64,000 bases of DNA from NCBI RefSeq assembly GCF_009914755.1, contig NC_060933.1; one strand, 5' to 3'. Shown piece after piece: positions 27,804 to 40,089 of this stretch (position 1 is the stretch's first letter; each line of letters opens with the position of its first letter). Both the position numbers and the translations under genes were made by a program. This DNA is from the human T2T-CHM13v2.0 reference genome, Homo sapiens. A model generated the notes under the pieces. The model was not told the DNA's origin and made no database searches. It saw nothing but the letters and a program-made list of their open reading frames with translations.

Positions 27804-28520
27804 TGTTATGGGCTGAATTGTGTCCCCTCAAAATTTTATATGATGTACCTCAGAATTTGATTGTATTTGGGGGTAGGGTCATTAAAGAGCAATTAAGTTA
27901 AAATGAAGTCATTAAGGTGGGCCTTAATCCAATGTGAGGGATTTATAAGAAAGGGAAACTTGAACATAGATGTGTACAGGGAGAATACAGATGTGGAGAT
28001 ATGGAGAGGAGACAGCCATCTACATAAGCCAAGGAGAGAAGCCTGAAACATCTTTCCCTCACAGCCCTCAGATGGAACCAACTCTGCCAACACCTTGATC
28101 TTGAACTTTCAGCCTCCAGAATTGTGAGAAAATAAATTTCTGGGTTTTGTTTTGCTTTTCTTTTTTTTTTTTTTAGATGGAGTCTCGCTCTGTCGCCCAG
28201 GATGGAGTGCAGTTGCACCATCTCGGCTCACCGCAAGCTCCGCCTCCTGGGTTCACACCATTCTGCTGCCTCAGCCACCCGAGTAGCTGGGACTACAGGT
28301 GTCCGCCACTACGCCCAGCTAATTTTTGCATTTTTAGTAGAGATGGGGTTTTGCCATGTTACTCAGACTGGTCTCGAACTCCTGACCTCAGGTGATCCTC
28401 CCACTTCGGCCTCCCAAAGTGCTGGGATTACAGGAGTGAGCCACCGTGCCCGGCCAATTTCTGTTGTTTAAACCACCAATCTGTGGTACTTCTTTACAGC
28501 AGCCCTAGAAAACTAATACA
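27804..28520 (+). mobile_element. MLT1B-like solo LTR interrupted by an Alu
   Basis: tgttatgggctgaattgtgtcccc...gcagccctagaaaactaataca; perfect 5-bp TSD gacat (27799-27803, 28521-28525). Confidence 0.9.
28143..28455 (-). mobile_element. Alu (left arm Sx-type, right arm Y-type)
   Basis: Full dimer on the minus strand; TSD core aatttctg at 28135-28142 and 28456-28463. Confidence 0.95.
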
Positions 28521-28706
28521 GACATTCAGTTTTAATTGTGTTTAGATAAGGCCACTTTCTTTTTGGTCTCCCCTCCATTGGTAGGTGGAAAATAGACCTT
28601 TGAAACTCAGTAGTTTCAGATTTTTTGCTAGTGACTACAAACAGGAAAATGAAATATTTTTTAAAAAAATAGTTCATAGGCGCAGGACATTGTAAATCTA
28701 ACATTT

Positions 28707-28725
28707 ATATATATATATATATATA
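28707..28725. repeat. (TA)n microsatellite
   Basis: Direct reading. Confidence 0.85.
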
Positions 28726-29719
28726 AATTATTTTCCTAACTCCCTTTCCCACCTCCACAAAGACATTAAAACCCAGCAAAGTCTCCAAGATGGATTGTTG
28801 GCTCAATAAAATAGCCATTTATATTTTCAGACAAAGCACTAGGCTACTCAGTGTAAAAAAATATATCGTACTATTTTCAACGAGTACCTTTACAAAAATG
28901 TAAAACATAACAAAGAAGTGATAAGTCCCAAAGAACAATTCAATGCTCCATCTCTTAATGAAGAGGAAAACAGTTTGAAACTTCAAAGTAACAGTTGTGC
29001 TTATTTTTCAATCCATCAAGAGTGAACTTTATCCACAACACCCTTCTCTCATTCCATGGTTTGTCATTCGTATCTAGATTATTGATGAATGAAATAAATG
29101 GAATGAAATGGAAAACCAAGGTGTTTATTTCATTTTCTACTAAGAGAGTGAAACTTCACATAATCAGACTCCAGCTCTCCTAAGGACCAGCTTATCTCTC
29201 TCCACCTGAGTCTATCCTTTTTCCCTGTGTCTTCCCCTTTCCTCAGTTTGCATCACTTCTATTTACCCAGTCACCAACATCTTTCCCATTTCTTCCCTCT
29301 AGCTTTCATCATTCTCCTTCCCTTCCCTGCTCCTGTGTGGCTGACACACCTCTGGTCTGATTTGGAGTGTTCCAGTTCATGAATTCGAAATAACAGAAAA
29401 GTCGTCAACGCCCAGAGCAGCAGTGTCCACATGTGGTAGGTGAATCAACGGTTGGCATATGAGGTTATTTTAGGGAGTCCACAAAAGAATTTTTAAATTT
29501 TGAACAGACTTTTAAAATTCAAATGTACATTAGAAAAAATATAAACTGGCACATCAAATCTTTAAATCCTGACATGAATGAAAAACTGAAGGAAAAATTT
29601 TGAGGCATAAGAGAATCTTTAAGGTGTCCTTAAAATCAAAACACATTAGATTTTATAAATCTAAGTGCCTTTTCTGACACATCCAACCACTGAAATAGTG
29701 CAGGTCTTATAAAGTCTCA

Positions 29720-29947
29720 GAGTACCATGTACCTCCTCCCTTTATAGCATTTAGCACAGTTATAATTCATTATTTGTGTACCTGTTTATCAAGGGGCCAT
29801 CTTCACTACCACACTGTTAACTATGAAGACAGTCTCATTGCAGTTAGTCTACCACCGTATCCTTTGCTCTCAACACACCCTCTGGTAAATATTAGCATTC
29901 CTTAAGTGTTTGTAGAATAAATGTGTGAAGAAACAAATGGATAAATA
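29720..29947 (+). mobile_element. L2 3' end
   Basis: tttatagcatttagcacag...gtgtttgtagaataaatgtgtgaa. Confidence 0.55.
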
Positions 29948-30416
29948 AGGCTGGTCTGGATTAGATGATATACCCATCACTTTTCTAAGATTTCTGAGTG
30001 AAGAAAAAAGCCATCATCTGATAATTTAACCAAAAATGAATCAAATACATAGTGTAGGTAAAATAACAATAGGTTCAGCATTACAAGATCACAGTTTGAA
30101 CCTTAAATTTGACAATAACTAAATTGTTGAGTGGCTTCTTTTTTATTATCACGTCATTCCACCTCTTGTGACCTTGTTTTCCTATGAGAAGAATGAGTGG
30201 ATGCTTTCTAAGACATGTCTCAATTCTAGGTGCCAGGCAGTCAAGTCAACATAGCTCAAAACAGTTTTCTTAAACCTCTATTTGCCTCCTCATGTGTATG
30301 CATGTGTTCAGTGATTATTATCTGGGGTTAAAGCTTCAGTAAAAATTGTTATTATCAATGAAAAAGATGTGGAACTTCTGGCTAACCAAAGAATATTTAA
30401 AGCCCTGTGGATTCTG

Positions 30417-31720
30417 CAGTTGGGAACACGAAATACAGTAGTCTCTATAAAAAACAGTTTGGCCCTTCCTCAAAAGAGTTAAACATAGAATTACCATATG
30501 ACCTAGCAATTCCACTCTTACATGTATACTCAAAAGAATTGTTTTCAAGCAAAAACATAGACATTATTGTTCACAGTAGCACTATTCAAACTTTCTAAAA
30601 GGTAGAAACAATCCAACTGTGACTGGATGACTGGGTAAACAAAATGTGGTTATAACTGTACAATAGAATATTATTCTGTCATAAAAAGGAACAAAGTACT
30701 AATACATGCTGCAACATGATTAAACCTCAAAAATGCTTTTTTAATTGACATAAAAGTATATGTATTGATCATGAACAAGGTGATAATTTAAAATATATAT
30801 AATTTGGAAATGGCTACATCAAGCTTATTAACATATGCAACACCTCACAAAGTCATCCTTTTTGTGGTGAGAACAACTAAAATCTACTCTCTAAGCATTT
30901 TTCAAGAATGTGATATATTATTATTCTCCATACTCGCCATGTTGTACAACAGATATCTAGAACTTATTCCTCCTATCTAACCAAAATTCTGTGTTCTTTC
31001 ACCAACATTGCCCCAGTACCCCCTACCACTACCACTGCAGTCCCTGGTAACCATCATTCTACTCACTTCTATGAGATGAACTTTTTTAGATTCCACATAT
31101 GAATGAGATAACATGGTATTTGTTTTTCTGTGCCTGGCTTATTTCACCTTAACATAATACCCTCAAGGTTCATCTATGTTGCTGCAAATGACACGATTTC
31201 CTTCTTTTTCATGGCTGAATAATATTCCATTATGTACGTATACTAAATTGTCTTTAACTATTCATCCACTGATAGACACTTATGTTGATTCCATATCTTG
31301 GCTATTGTGAATAATATTGCAATGAACATGAGAATGCAGATATCTCTTTGGCACACTGATTTCACTTTCTTTAAATACATATCCAGTGGTGGGATTGCTG
31401 GATCATACGGCAGTTCATTTTAAATTTTTTGAGGAACCATCATACTGTTTTCAATAATGACTGTACTGATTTACATTTCCATCAGTAGTGTACAAGTGTT
31501 CCAGAAAGTAGATTGATTTGTGGTTTCCAGAGTCTTGTGAAAAGGACAGAATGAGGAATAACTGTTCTAATGAATATAGGAATTCGTTTTGGGGTGATGA
31601 AAATGTTTTAAAAGTAGATAGAAGTAAAGGTTGTACAACATTGTAACTCATTAAACGCCACTGAATTGTATGATTTAAAATGGTTAGTTTTCTATCATGT
31701 AAGTTTTACTTCATTTTTTA
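30417..31720 (+). mobile_element. L1MB 3' fragment split by an antisense L1MA
   Basis: gttaaacatagaattaccatatgacctagcaattcc...cctcaaaaatgc, resuming at ~31503 agaaagtagatt...ggggtgatgaaaatgttt. Confidence 0.85.
30737..31502 (-). mobile_element. L1MA 3' fragment
   Basis: Reverse L1MA 3'UTR and ORF2 end (ttttagattccacatatgaatgaga...gggattgctggatcata). Confidence 0.88.
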
Positions 31721-32037
31721 ACATCCTATGGCTTCTATTTTTAAAAACTATAAACCATAATCTTCATTAAAAATAGTCTCTTGATATCAAATATAGGCCA
31801 TTATAAATCTATGAAAGTTGATGGTAAGTATTTTAGGCAGGGATGAGTAATCTTTCACCCATGCCAGCAGCCTGCTGAGCTTTAAGATATGCTCCTTGAT
31901 ATCATTTCATCTACAAAAATCAAAAATATTCAAGTCTACTACTAATAAATCCTGTCACGTACTTATACGCATGAATTTACAAAACCCTTCCTGAGCTGAG
32001 TAATTCCAGCCAACTCTCGTCCATGAATTACAAATGC

Positions 32038-32491
32038 TGTGTTAATAATAAGCCAGTCACAGAAGGACAAATACTGCATGATCCCACTTGTATAAAGCAT
32101 CTAAAATAGTCAAATTCATAGATGCAGAGAGTAAGATGGTGCTGCCAGGGGCTGGGGGGAGGAGGAAATAGGGGCTTGTTCAATGGGTATGAAGTTTCAG
32201 TTATGCAAAGTGAATGAGTTCTAGAGATCTGCTGTACAACATCGTGCCTATAGTTAACAATACTGTATTGTACACTTCAAAACAATGTTAAGAGGATAAA
32301 TCTCATGCTAAGTGTTCTTACCACAAAAAAGGAAGGGGGCATAAAGAAACTTTTGGAGGTGATGGATGTGTTTGTTATAAACTTGCAATAAAGATTTCAC
32401 AGGTGTATGTGTACTTACAAGCTCATCAAATTACATACATTAAATATGTACACTTCTTATATCAATTATACCTCAATAAAGCTGTTTTTAA
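32038..32491 (+). mobile_element. L1MB 3'-end fragment
   Basis: aagccagtcacagaaggacaaatactgcatgat...ttatacctcaataaagctgttttt. Confidence 0.85.
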
Positions 32492-32503
32492 AAACTAAGT
32501 TAA

Positions 32504-32832
<329 letters not shown>

Positions 32833-33973
32833 GTAAGATCTAAAACCATAAAAATCCTAGGAACAACCTGGGCAATACCATTCAGGACATAGGCATGAGC
32901 AAAGACTTCATGTCTAAAACACCAAAAGCAATGGCAACAAAAGCCAAATTGACAAATGGGACCAAATTAAACTAAAGAGCTTCTGCACAGCAAAAGAAAC
33001 TGTCATCAGAGTGAACAGGCAACTGACAGAATAGGATAAAATTTTTGCAATCTATCCATCTGACAAAGGGCTAACATACAGAATCTACAAAGAACTTAAA
33101 CACATTTAAAAGAAAAAAACAACCCCATCAAAAAGTGAGCAAAGGATATGAACAGACACTTCTAAAAAGAAGACGTTTACGCAGCCAACAAACATATGAA
33201 AAGATGCTAATCATCACTGGTCATTAGAGAAATGCAAATCAAAACCACAATGAGATACCATCTCATGCCAGTTAGAATGGCAATATTTAAAAGTCAGGAA
33301 ACAACAGATGCTGGAGAGGATGTGGAGAAATAGGAACACTTTTACACTGTTGGTGGGAGTGTAAATTAGTTCAACCATTGTGGAAGACAGTGTGGCAATT
33401 CCTCAAGGATCTAGAACTAGAAATACCATTTGACCCAGCAATCCCACTACTGGGTATATATCCAAAGGATTATAAATCATTCTACTATAAAGACATATGC
33501 ACACGTATGTTCACTGTGGCACTATTCACAATAGCAAAGACTTGGAACCAACCCAACTGTCCATCAATGATAGACTGGATAAAGAAAATGTGGCACATAC
33601 ACACCATGGAATACTATGCAGCCATAAAAAAGGATGAGCTCACGTCCTTTGAAGGGACATGGATGAAGCTGGAAACCATCATTCTCAGCAAACTATCACA
33701 AGAACAGAAAACCAAACACCACTTGTTCTCACTCATAAGTGGGAGTTGAACAATGAGAAAACATGGACACAGGGAGGGGAACATCACACACCGGGGCCTG
33801 TCGGGGGGTGGGAGGTTAGGGAAGGGATAGCATTAAGAGAAATACTTAATGTAGGTGATGGGTTGATGGGTGCAGCAAACCACCATGTCACATGTATACC
33901 TATGTAACAAAACTGTAGGTTCTGCGTATGTACCCCAGAACTTAAAGTAAAATGAAAAAATAAAAAAATAAAT
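32833..33973 (+). mobile_element. 5'-truncated L1PA (PA6/7-like)
   Basis: ORF 33378-33749 is the ORF2 C-terminus; 3'UTR and A-rich tail. Confidence 0.96.
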
Positions 33974-34959
33974 AAACTAAGTTAAAATGATCCCCAAAAA
34001 AACCCATCAGTGTCTTCTCAAACAATAAATAAATAATTCACAAGTTCAAATTTGTCCCCTATTTCTCTAGCTGGACCCCCAAGAGGTCTGCATGCAGAGT
34101 TCTAAAAAAAGTACATGTAGTTTAAAAGCACCAATTTTAGAAAAGTCGTGTTTCTGACTATGAAAAGACTTGTGCTCAAAAATAGCAGTAAACACAGAGA
34201 TGTTCCCATTTCCCATCCCTTGACATTGCTACACAATTTCCCCAGGACCAGAGCTGCCATGATTTCCGTGTGCCAAGCAACCACACAAGTGTGAAGAGAT
34301 AGCATTCAAGCACAAGCTCACTACCAGCCTCTCAGACACCTGCTCACGCCCTTCAAGATCAGTTGTAAGGACAAGCTTCACACTTTACAGAAACTGAAGT
34401 CACCATCCTCTTTTGAACTTGTTTTCTAAATGCTTCATAAAATGGGCAATTTGATGCTTAAGAATGTATCTTTGGAAGCAACACTGATATTGTGCCACAT
34501 GACACATAATGTCACAATGTGGTACTTAACAGATCAGTTCACTGATGCACCAATTAAAGAATAGCAGCTATATTATACTTCTTATTTTTCCTTTTGCTCC
34601 TCCCTCCCTTGCTTTTATTTTTTCTAATTATAAAAACAATGCAGATTCATGTAAAAAATTAGAGAAAACAAAAATTTAAAAAATAAGAATCATCCAGAGT
34701 CCCACAATTCAAAAAAAATTCACTAGGATATTAACATTTTAACCACTAACTTCTAATTTATATCTAATGATTTAGAAAAGTTTTGATAAACATTTTCCAT
34801 TTTACTGTCTTTCTCTGCAATTGAGATCTTAGATAATAAATCAAAAAATATTTTCATTATCAAACACTAGAGTGTATGTCTCACAAACAATGCTCAATCC
34901 TCAATAAAAATTTTGAATAGTGCAGCCCCTTTTGAGAAAAACAGCCCTATCTTATAATC

Positions 34960-35250
34960 AGCTTTTTGCATGTCCCAATGCATATGTCACCTCCATAGGG
35001 AAACCTTTCTGACTCTTCAGATGAGGTTAGGCTTCCACTGTGTACTCTTGTAGTAGCATCCTGTGCTTTCTCTTCATAGCAACTATTACAATTAACCATG
35101 TGGATCATTATCTGCTGCAGTCCCCAGCTAGAACATAGGCTCTCAGAAGGAAGTCACCAAATCTGTCTTATTTCTTGCTATTGCCCCAATAATTGAGTTT
35201 TATTATATAAAATATTCTTAACTCATAGTTAAGGGATAAGTGAATGAACC
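34960..35250 (+). mobile_element. L2 3' end
   Basis: atgtcacctccatagggaaacctttctgac...ttcatagcaactattacaatt. Confidence 0.6.
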
Positions 35251-35479
35251 AAAGAACAAACCTTCTCAGGAACACAACATGGGACCATGACTAAGAAGTG
35301 GAAACTAGTGTGGCAGTGTAATTGCATGAATAAGAGCTGAGTTTATACTAGGATGAGTTCTCTTTAATCCTCCTCAAATACCACAACCCTGAGGCAAGAC
35401 CCCAGTCTAGCATACAGACCCCACTAAGGGAACTTACCTGTTGTCATACATGAATGACATGAAGACATATGATGTCATA

Positions 35480-36700
35480 CATCTTCTGGGCAAGATGGAG
35501 TAAAGGAACTGGATTTACCCTTCCACTTGCAACAACTTAAAAAAAAATCACTTTCAGACATTGCAAATCAAATGGCAAAAGACAGTGATTCCTGAGATGG
35601 AGAAGTAAATAAGATGAGCCCTACAAATGTTATGCCTTACTGCCTGGAGAGTTTTCAGGCTGCAAGCACAGGAAGGGGAAAATCAGGCAACAGGCAGTAT
35701 GGATATTCTTCCTGAATTGAGAAGAAGGAGCTGATTGTCTGGAGAGGTCAAGACAGCCAGTGTTCATAGGGCAGAGTGTCACAAAACAGATAACTGCACA
35801 GAGTAAACCCCAGAGGTCTGTAAAGGGTCCCATTTGAGTCTTCAGCTGACTTCATGCAAGTGAAGAAACTACCTGAGACCACAGAAAGAACAACCTGGAA
35901 GGATCAGAGGGAACAATCTATGGTGCTCACACAAGACTGACAATTGTTCCTGCTCAAGTGAAAAAGCCTCATCATTCTCGAGAATTGGGTGGCACATTCA
36001 GAAGGGTAGTGCCTCCATAGCATGGAAAAATTATCCTAGTCTAAAGGCTGTTGATACTGTTTAGTTGTGTAACCACCCAAATATCATCTTGAATTGTAGC
36101 TCCCAAAATCCCCATGTGTCATGGGAGGGACCTGGTGGAAGGTAATTGAATCATGGGGGCAGGTTTCTCCCATGCTGTTCTCATGATAGTGAATAAGTCT
36201 CATGAGATCTGATGGTTTTATAAAGGGCAGTTTCCCTGCACATGCCCTCTTGCCTGCCGCCATATAAGACATGCCTTTGCTCCTCCTTCCCCTTCCACCA
36301 AGATTGTGAGGCCTCCTCAGCCATGTCAAACTGTGAGTCCATTAAACTTCCTTTTCTTTATAAATTACTCAGTCTCAGGTATGTCTTTATTAGCAGTGTG
36401 AGAATGGACTAATAACAGCTGCTTTAGTCCCACCACACACAAAACTGAACCGTTTCCAAGTAACTGCATGTGCCATAACAAAGTTCAATAATATATATAG
36501 GAATATGAAAATATCCAGTATCCAAAAAGGTAAAATTCACTGTGTCTGGCATCCCATAAAAAATGATTAGGCATGTAAAGAAGCAGAAATATATGACCCA
36601 TAATAAGGAGAGACAGTAATGGGAGAGATAACATATGAGGAAGAAAACAAACAAAAAGTCCACGTGGAACATCTACCACTATAATGAAAGAGAAAGTATG
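35480..36700 (+). mobile_element. Ancient L1 (L1ME/M4-type) 5' region split by a THE1 LTR
   Basis: cttctgggcaagatggagtaaaggaactgg start; resumes after the LTR with aggtaaaattcactgtgtctggcatccc...atatgacccataat. Confidence 0.65.
36052..36417 (+). mobile_element. THE1 (B/C-type) MaLR solo LTR
   Basis: tgatactgtttagttgtgtaaccacccaaatatcatcttgaattgtagctccc...gtgtgagaatggactaataaca; 5-bp TSD gctgt/gctgc. Confidence 0.93.
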
Positions 36701-37608
36701 GTATACATAACTAGAACAAAAACTCAGAATCGCAAACCCGTGCCACCATTGACTAGGTAAATTTGACTCAAAAACCTATTTTTAAACCACTGCTTCTCTT
36801 CTGTTTACTTATGCTCTTATAAGGACTGAGAGACTTGAAGTGTGTGAACATAAAGAACTGCTTAAATAAAGGCAGCCCTAGATTTTCTATTTTGGATGGC
36901 CAAACCTTCTGCACATCTAAAACTGCTTCCACAAACTTGAGAATGCAAGAACAGACACGTCCCACCACTCTAAGGAAAGAGATTGATATTTTGAAAGGAT
37001 TGCTATAACCTAATCAGTGTTTGCCTCTGAAGCTTCCACCCATCTGTCCTGAACTTTGTCCTCTTTTTATTTGCTAGCAGTTTTCATAACATGAGTCAAA
37101 GAGGATGGATTGTTCATCAATTAAATGGCATATCACATTTCCCTAACATGTCATAAATTTCATAGATTTCTCAATATCTTGTCATGACAAACCCAAACTT
37201 AGCAATATTATCACTGTGGCTCTACATTTCAAGAGACTTAATGTTTGTGCCAATAACGGAAATTTATTGTTTCTTGAATTTAATGGGCCCAGTGCTGCTG
37301 GTTCCTTCAGACTGTTTCAGCAGGGGCTAAACTTTTTGAAGTCAATAAACCATTTGCTGTCTTTAACATAAACTCCAACTGCTCTCTCTTAGGTTGCTCT
37401 CATGGACAAAATAATGCTTCTCACTTCCAGCAATTTGCTATTTGGAAAAGAAACATTCTTAGGATTTTACTCATTGAGCCATAAGAAGGCTCTGAAATGA
37501 TCTTTAGTGTGATAAATGAATTACCAAAGTCATGGGTCTAAAAGTAAAAGCACAATGACCAAAAATCTTATTTAGATAAATAAAAGATGCCACACAAAGA
37601 TTATCTTA

Positions 37609-37650
37609 GGCCGGGGGTCGGGGGGGGGGGGGGGCGGTGCGGGCGGGGCA
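37609..37650 (+). repeat. G-rich tract (G15 plus GGGCGGGG)
   Basis: ggccgggggtcggggggggggggggggcggtgcgggcggggca read directly. Confidence 0.85.
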
Positions 37651-38247
37651 GACAGACCAGAGATTTTGGAAAAAGGAAACCATGCTTTTGATGCCTTAGC
37701 TGCTATCCAGCCCAGTGAAAAAGTCATTACAATCAGAGGTGGCAGCAGCAGAATAGAAGGGAATACAATACAGTGGAGGAGGGGATGGATGAAAAAAGAC
37801 TAAGATCAAAGGACAGATCAGTGAGGGAGTAAGTCAACCAAAGGCATAGAGAGTTATGGGCAAGGCACCTATACCCATTCAAAATTACAGCATCAATGAG
37901 AGAGAACAAGGGAACAATCAATGTGTTAGGCAAAGCTATCTTTTGTGAATCTTCCATGGCCCTGAAGACTGACGCTGCCAATAGAGTCAATTAAGAGGAC
38001 AGGACCCATAGCTTCTGCTATGGTTCTGACAGATATCTTGAGAGAGTAGTCTTAGGCCATCATTCTGACAACCTGTGAGTTAGAAAATACCTAATTAGGA
38101 AAGCCATAAAATGGCTGAGAGCCATAAAAAAGCAATTAAAGAACAAATATGGATTATTGAAAGAGTCAAGGTGAAGACAAAAACAAATCCTAGCATCTGT
38201 TAAATAAACAAAAGGAGCAAAGAAACCAGAACTCAGGCGTGTATATG

Positions 38248-38300
38248 CACACACACACAAACATACACGTGCCCACATGTGCACACACACACACACCCAC
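38248..38300. repeat. Imperfect (CA)n
   Basis: Direct reading. Confidence 0.8.
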
Positions 38301-38588
38301 AAGCCCCTCACTATGCTAGGTAGACGGTCCTCAAACTGTAGCCATACTGACTGCTAAAATTGGCATTTCATATAGGATTTTTAAAAATCTTACCTGGAAA
38401 GGGAAGTAGCCAAAGAGCTCTTATTTTGAAACTCATATGTGCCAATGGCTTCATTATTTCCCAGGAAATAATGAAGTTTAATAGCCCCCTACTCTGACTT
38501 GAAGACAAGAATTAAAGCATATGTAGAGGTCATAACTCAATGTAATCAAAAGAGGGAAAAAGGTAGTAAAAATAGGAGACAAAAAATT

Positions 38589-38900
<312 letters not shown>

Positions 38901-38914
38901 TTATTATCATTTCT

Positions 38915-39032
38915 TTCACTAGACTATAAGCTTCAGATGGTAGAGACTATGTTTGTTTTGCTAATCATCAAATATATAGTGCCTAGTACAATGCCTGATA
39001 AATAGCAGATAGTCAATAAATATTTATTAAAC
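38915..39032 (+). mobile_element. L2 3' end
   Basis: cactagactataagct...gtgcctagtacaatgcctg...caataaatatttatt. Confidence 0.7.
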
Positions 39033-39099
39033 TTAAAAGGATATAATGCTACAGTGAAACAGAACAATGAAACAAAAGCCTAGATCCTCAAGGTAGATG

Positions 39100-39560
39100 T
39101 GAAATTGATTTGGCTCTGAGTGACTGAAAAGTCCAAAATACAAGTGTCTTAAATTAGATAGAATTTTATTATCTCATTCACATTTAAAAGTCTGAAACTA
39201 GGTAATGCTGAGGCTGGTACTGCAGTTCCACAAAGTGATCAGGGATCACTTCAACACTCTCCTCTGCTATCCCTATGTCTGGTCCTTACCCTCAAGATCT
39301 GAAATAGCTATGAGAGTTCCAGCTACCACGCCTTTACTCCAGGCAGAGGAAGAAAAGTAGAAATAAAGGCCAAGAAGGGAAGATCACCTTTATTTGATGC
39401 CTTACACAATACTTTCAATTACACTAATCAGTCAAAATTCAGTCATATGGTCACACTTAACTACAAAGTGAGGCTAGGAAATTTAGTCTATTAGCTGGAA
39501 AGCAATGTTTGCACTTTAAAGTCTATAATCTTTCATTAAGGAAAATAAGGATAAGAGATT
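39100..39560 (-). mobile_element. Old MLT1-type LTR
   Basis: agtcatatggtcacacttaactacaaagtgaggctaggaaatttagtct block typical of reverse MLT1J/K. Confidence 0.5.
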
Positions 39561-40009
39561 AATTTGCATATCAATTAAAATCTTCTCTAGAATGTAGGAA
39601 GAAAAGATAGAAACTACTAGGCATTAATGCCATTTCTCTTTTGTTCAATATTTTAGAAGAATCAACAAATTCTCTTGAAATTCTTAAGAACTAGCATACC
39701 CCTCAGCTAAGAAAAAGCAGAAAGAAAGAACTAGATGTTTTTCTCCTTTGCTCCATTTGAAAAAAGAATTCTGAGCAAAGACTGCTTGATCTCAGGGAGT
39801 TGGCCATCTCCATGATTTTGTTTCCCAGCAACCTAGAGATCTTTCCATTGGATGGAGGCTGTAAATAAACCATTCTATGATTCCATCAGCCTTCGACCAT
39901 CCACCACCCAACACCTGCCTCCTCCAAATGACTCAACCTTCCTTTAGCTCCTGCCCACAGTGCCAGATGTTTATTCACTAATTCAAGGAGGCGAGGTGTG
40001 GGGGAAAGT

Positions 40010-40089
40010 TTAGGCTGGTGCAAAAGTTATTGCAGGCTTTGCCATTGAAAGTAATAGCAAAAACCACAATTACTTTTGTACCAACCTAA
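40010..40089. mobile_element. MADE1 (Hsmar1-derived MITE), 80 bp
   Basis: ttaggctggtgcaaaagttattgc...caattacttttgtaccaacctaa, palindromic TIRs; TA on the right flank. Confidence 0.92.

Noticed and set aside
36311-36325. PRDM9 hotspot motif in THE1
   Set aside because: CCTCCTCAGCCAT misses two fixed positions of CCNCCNTNNCCNC.
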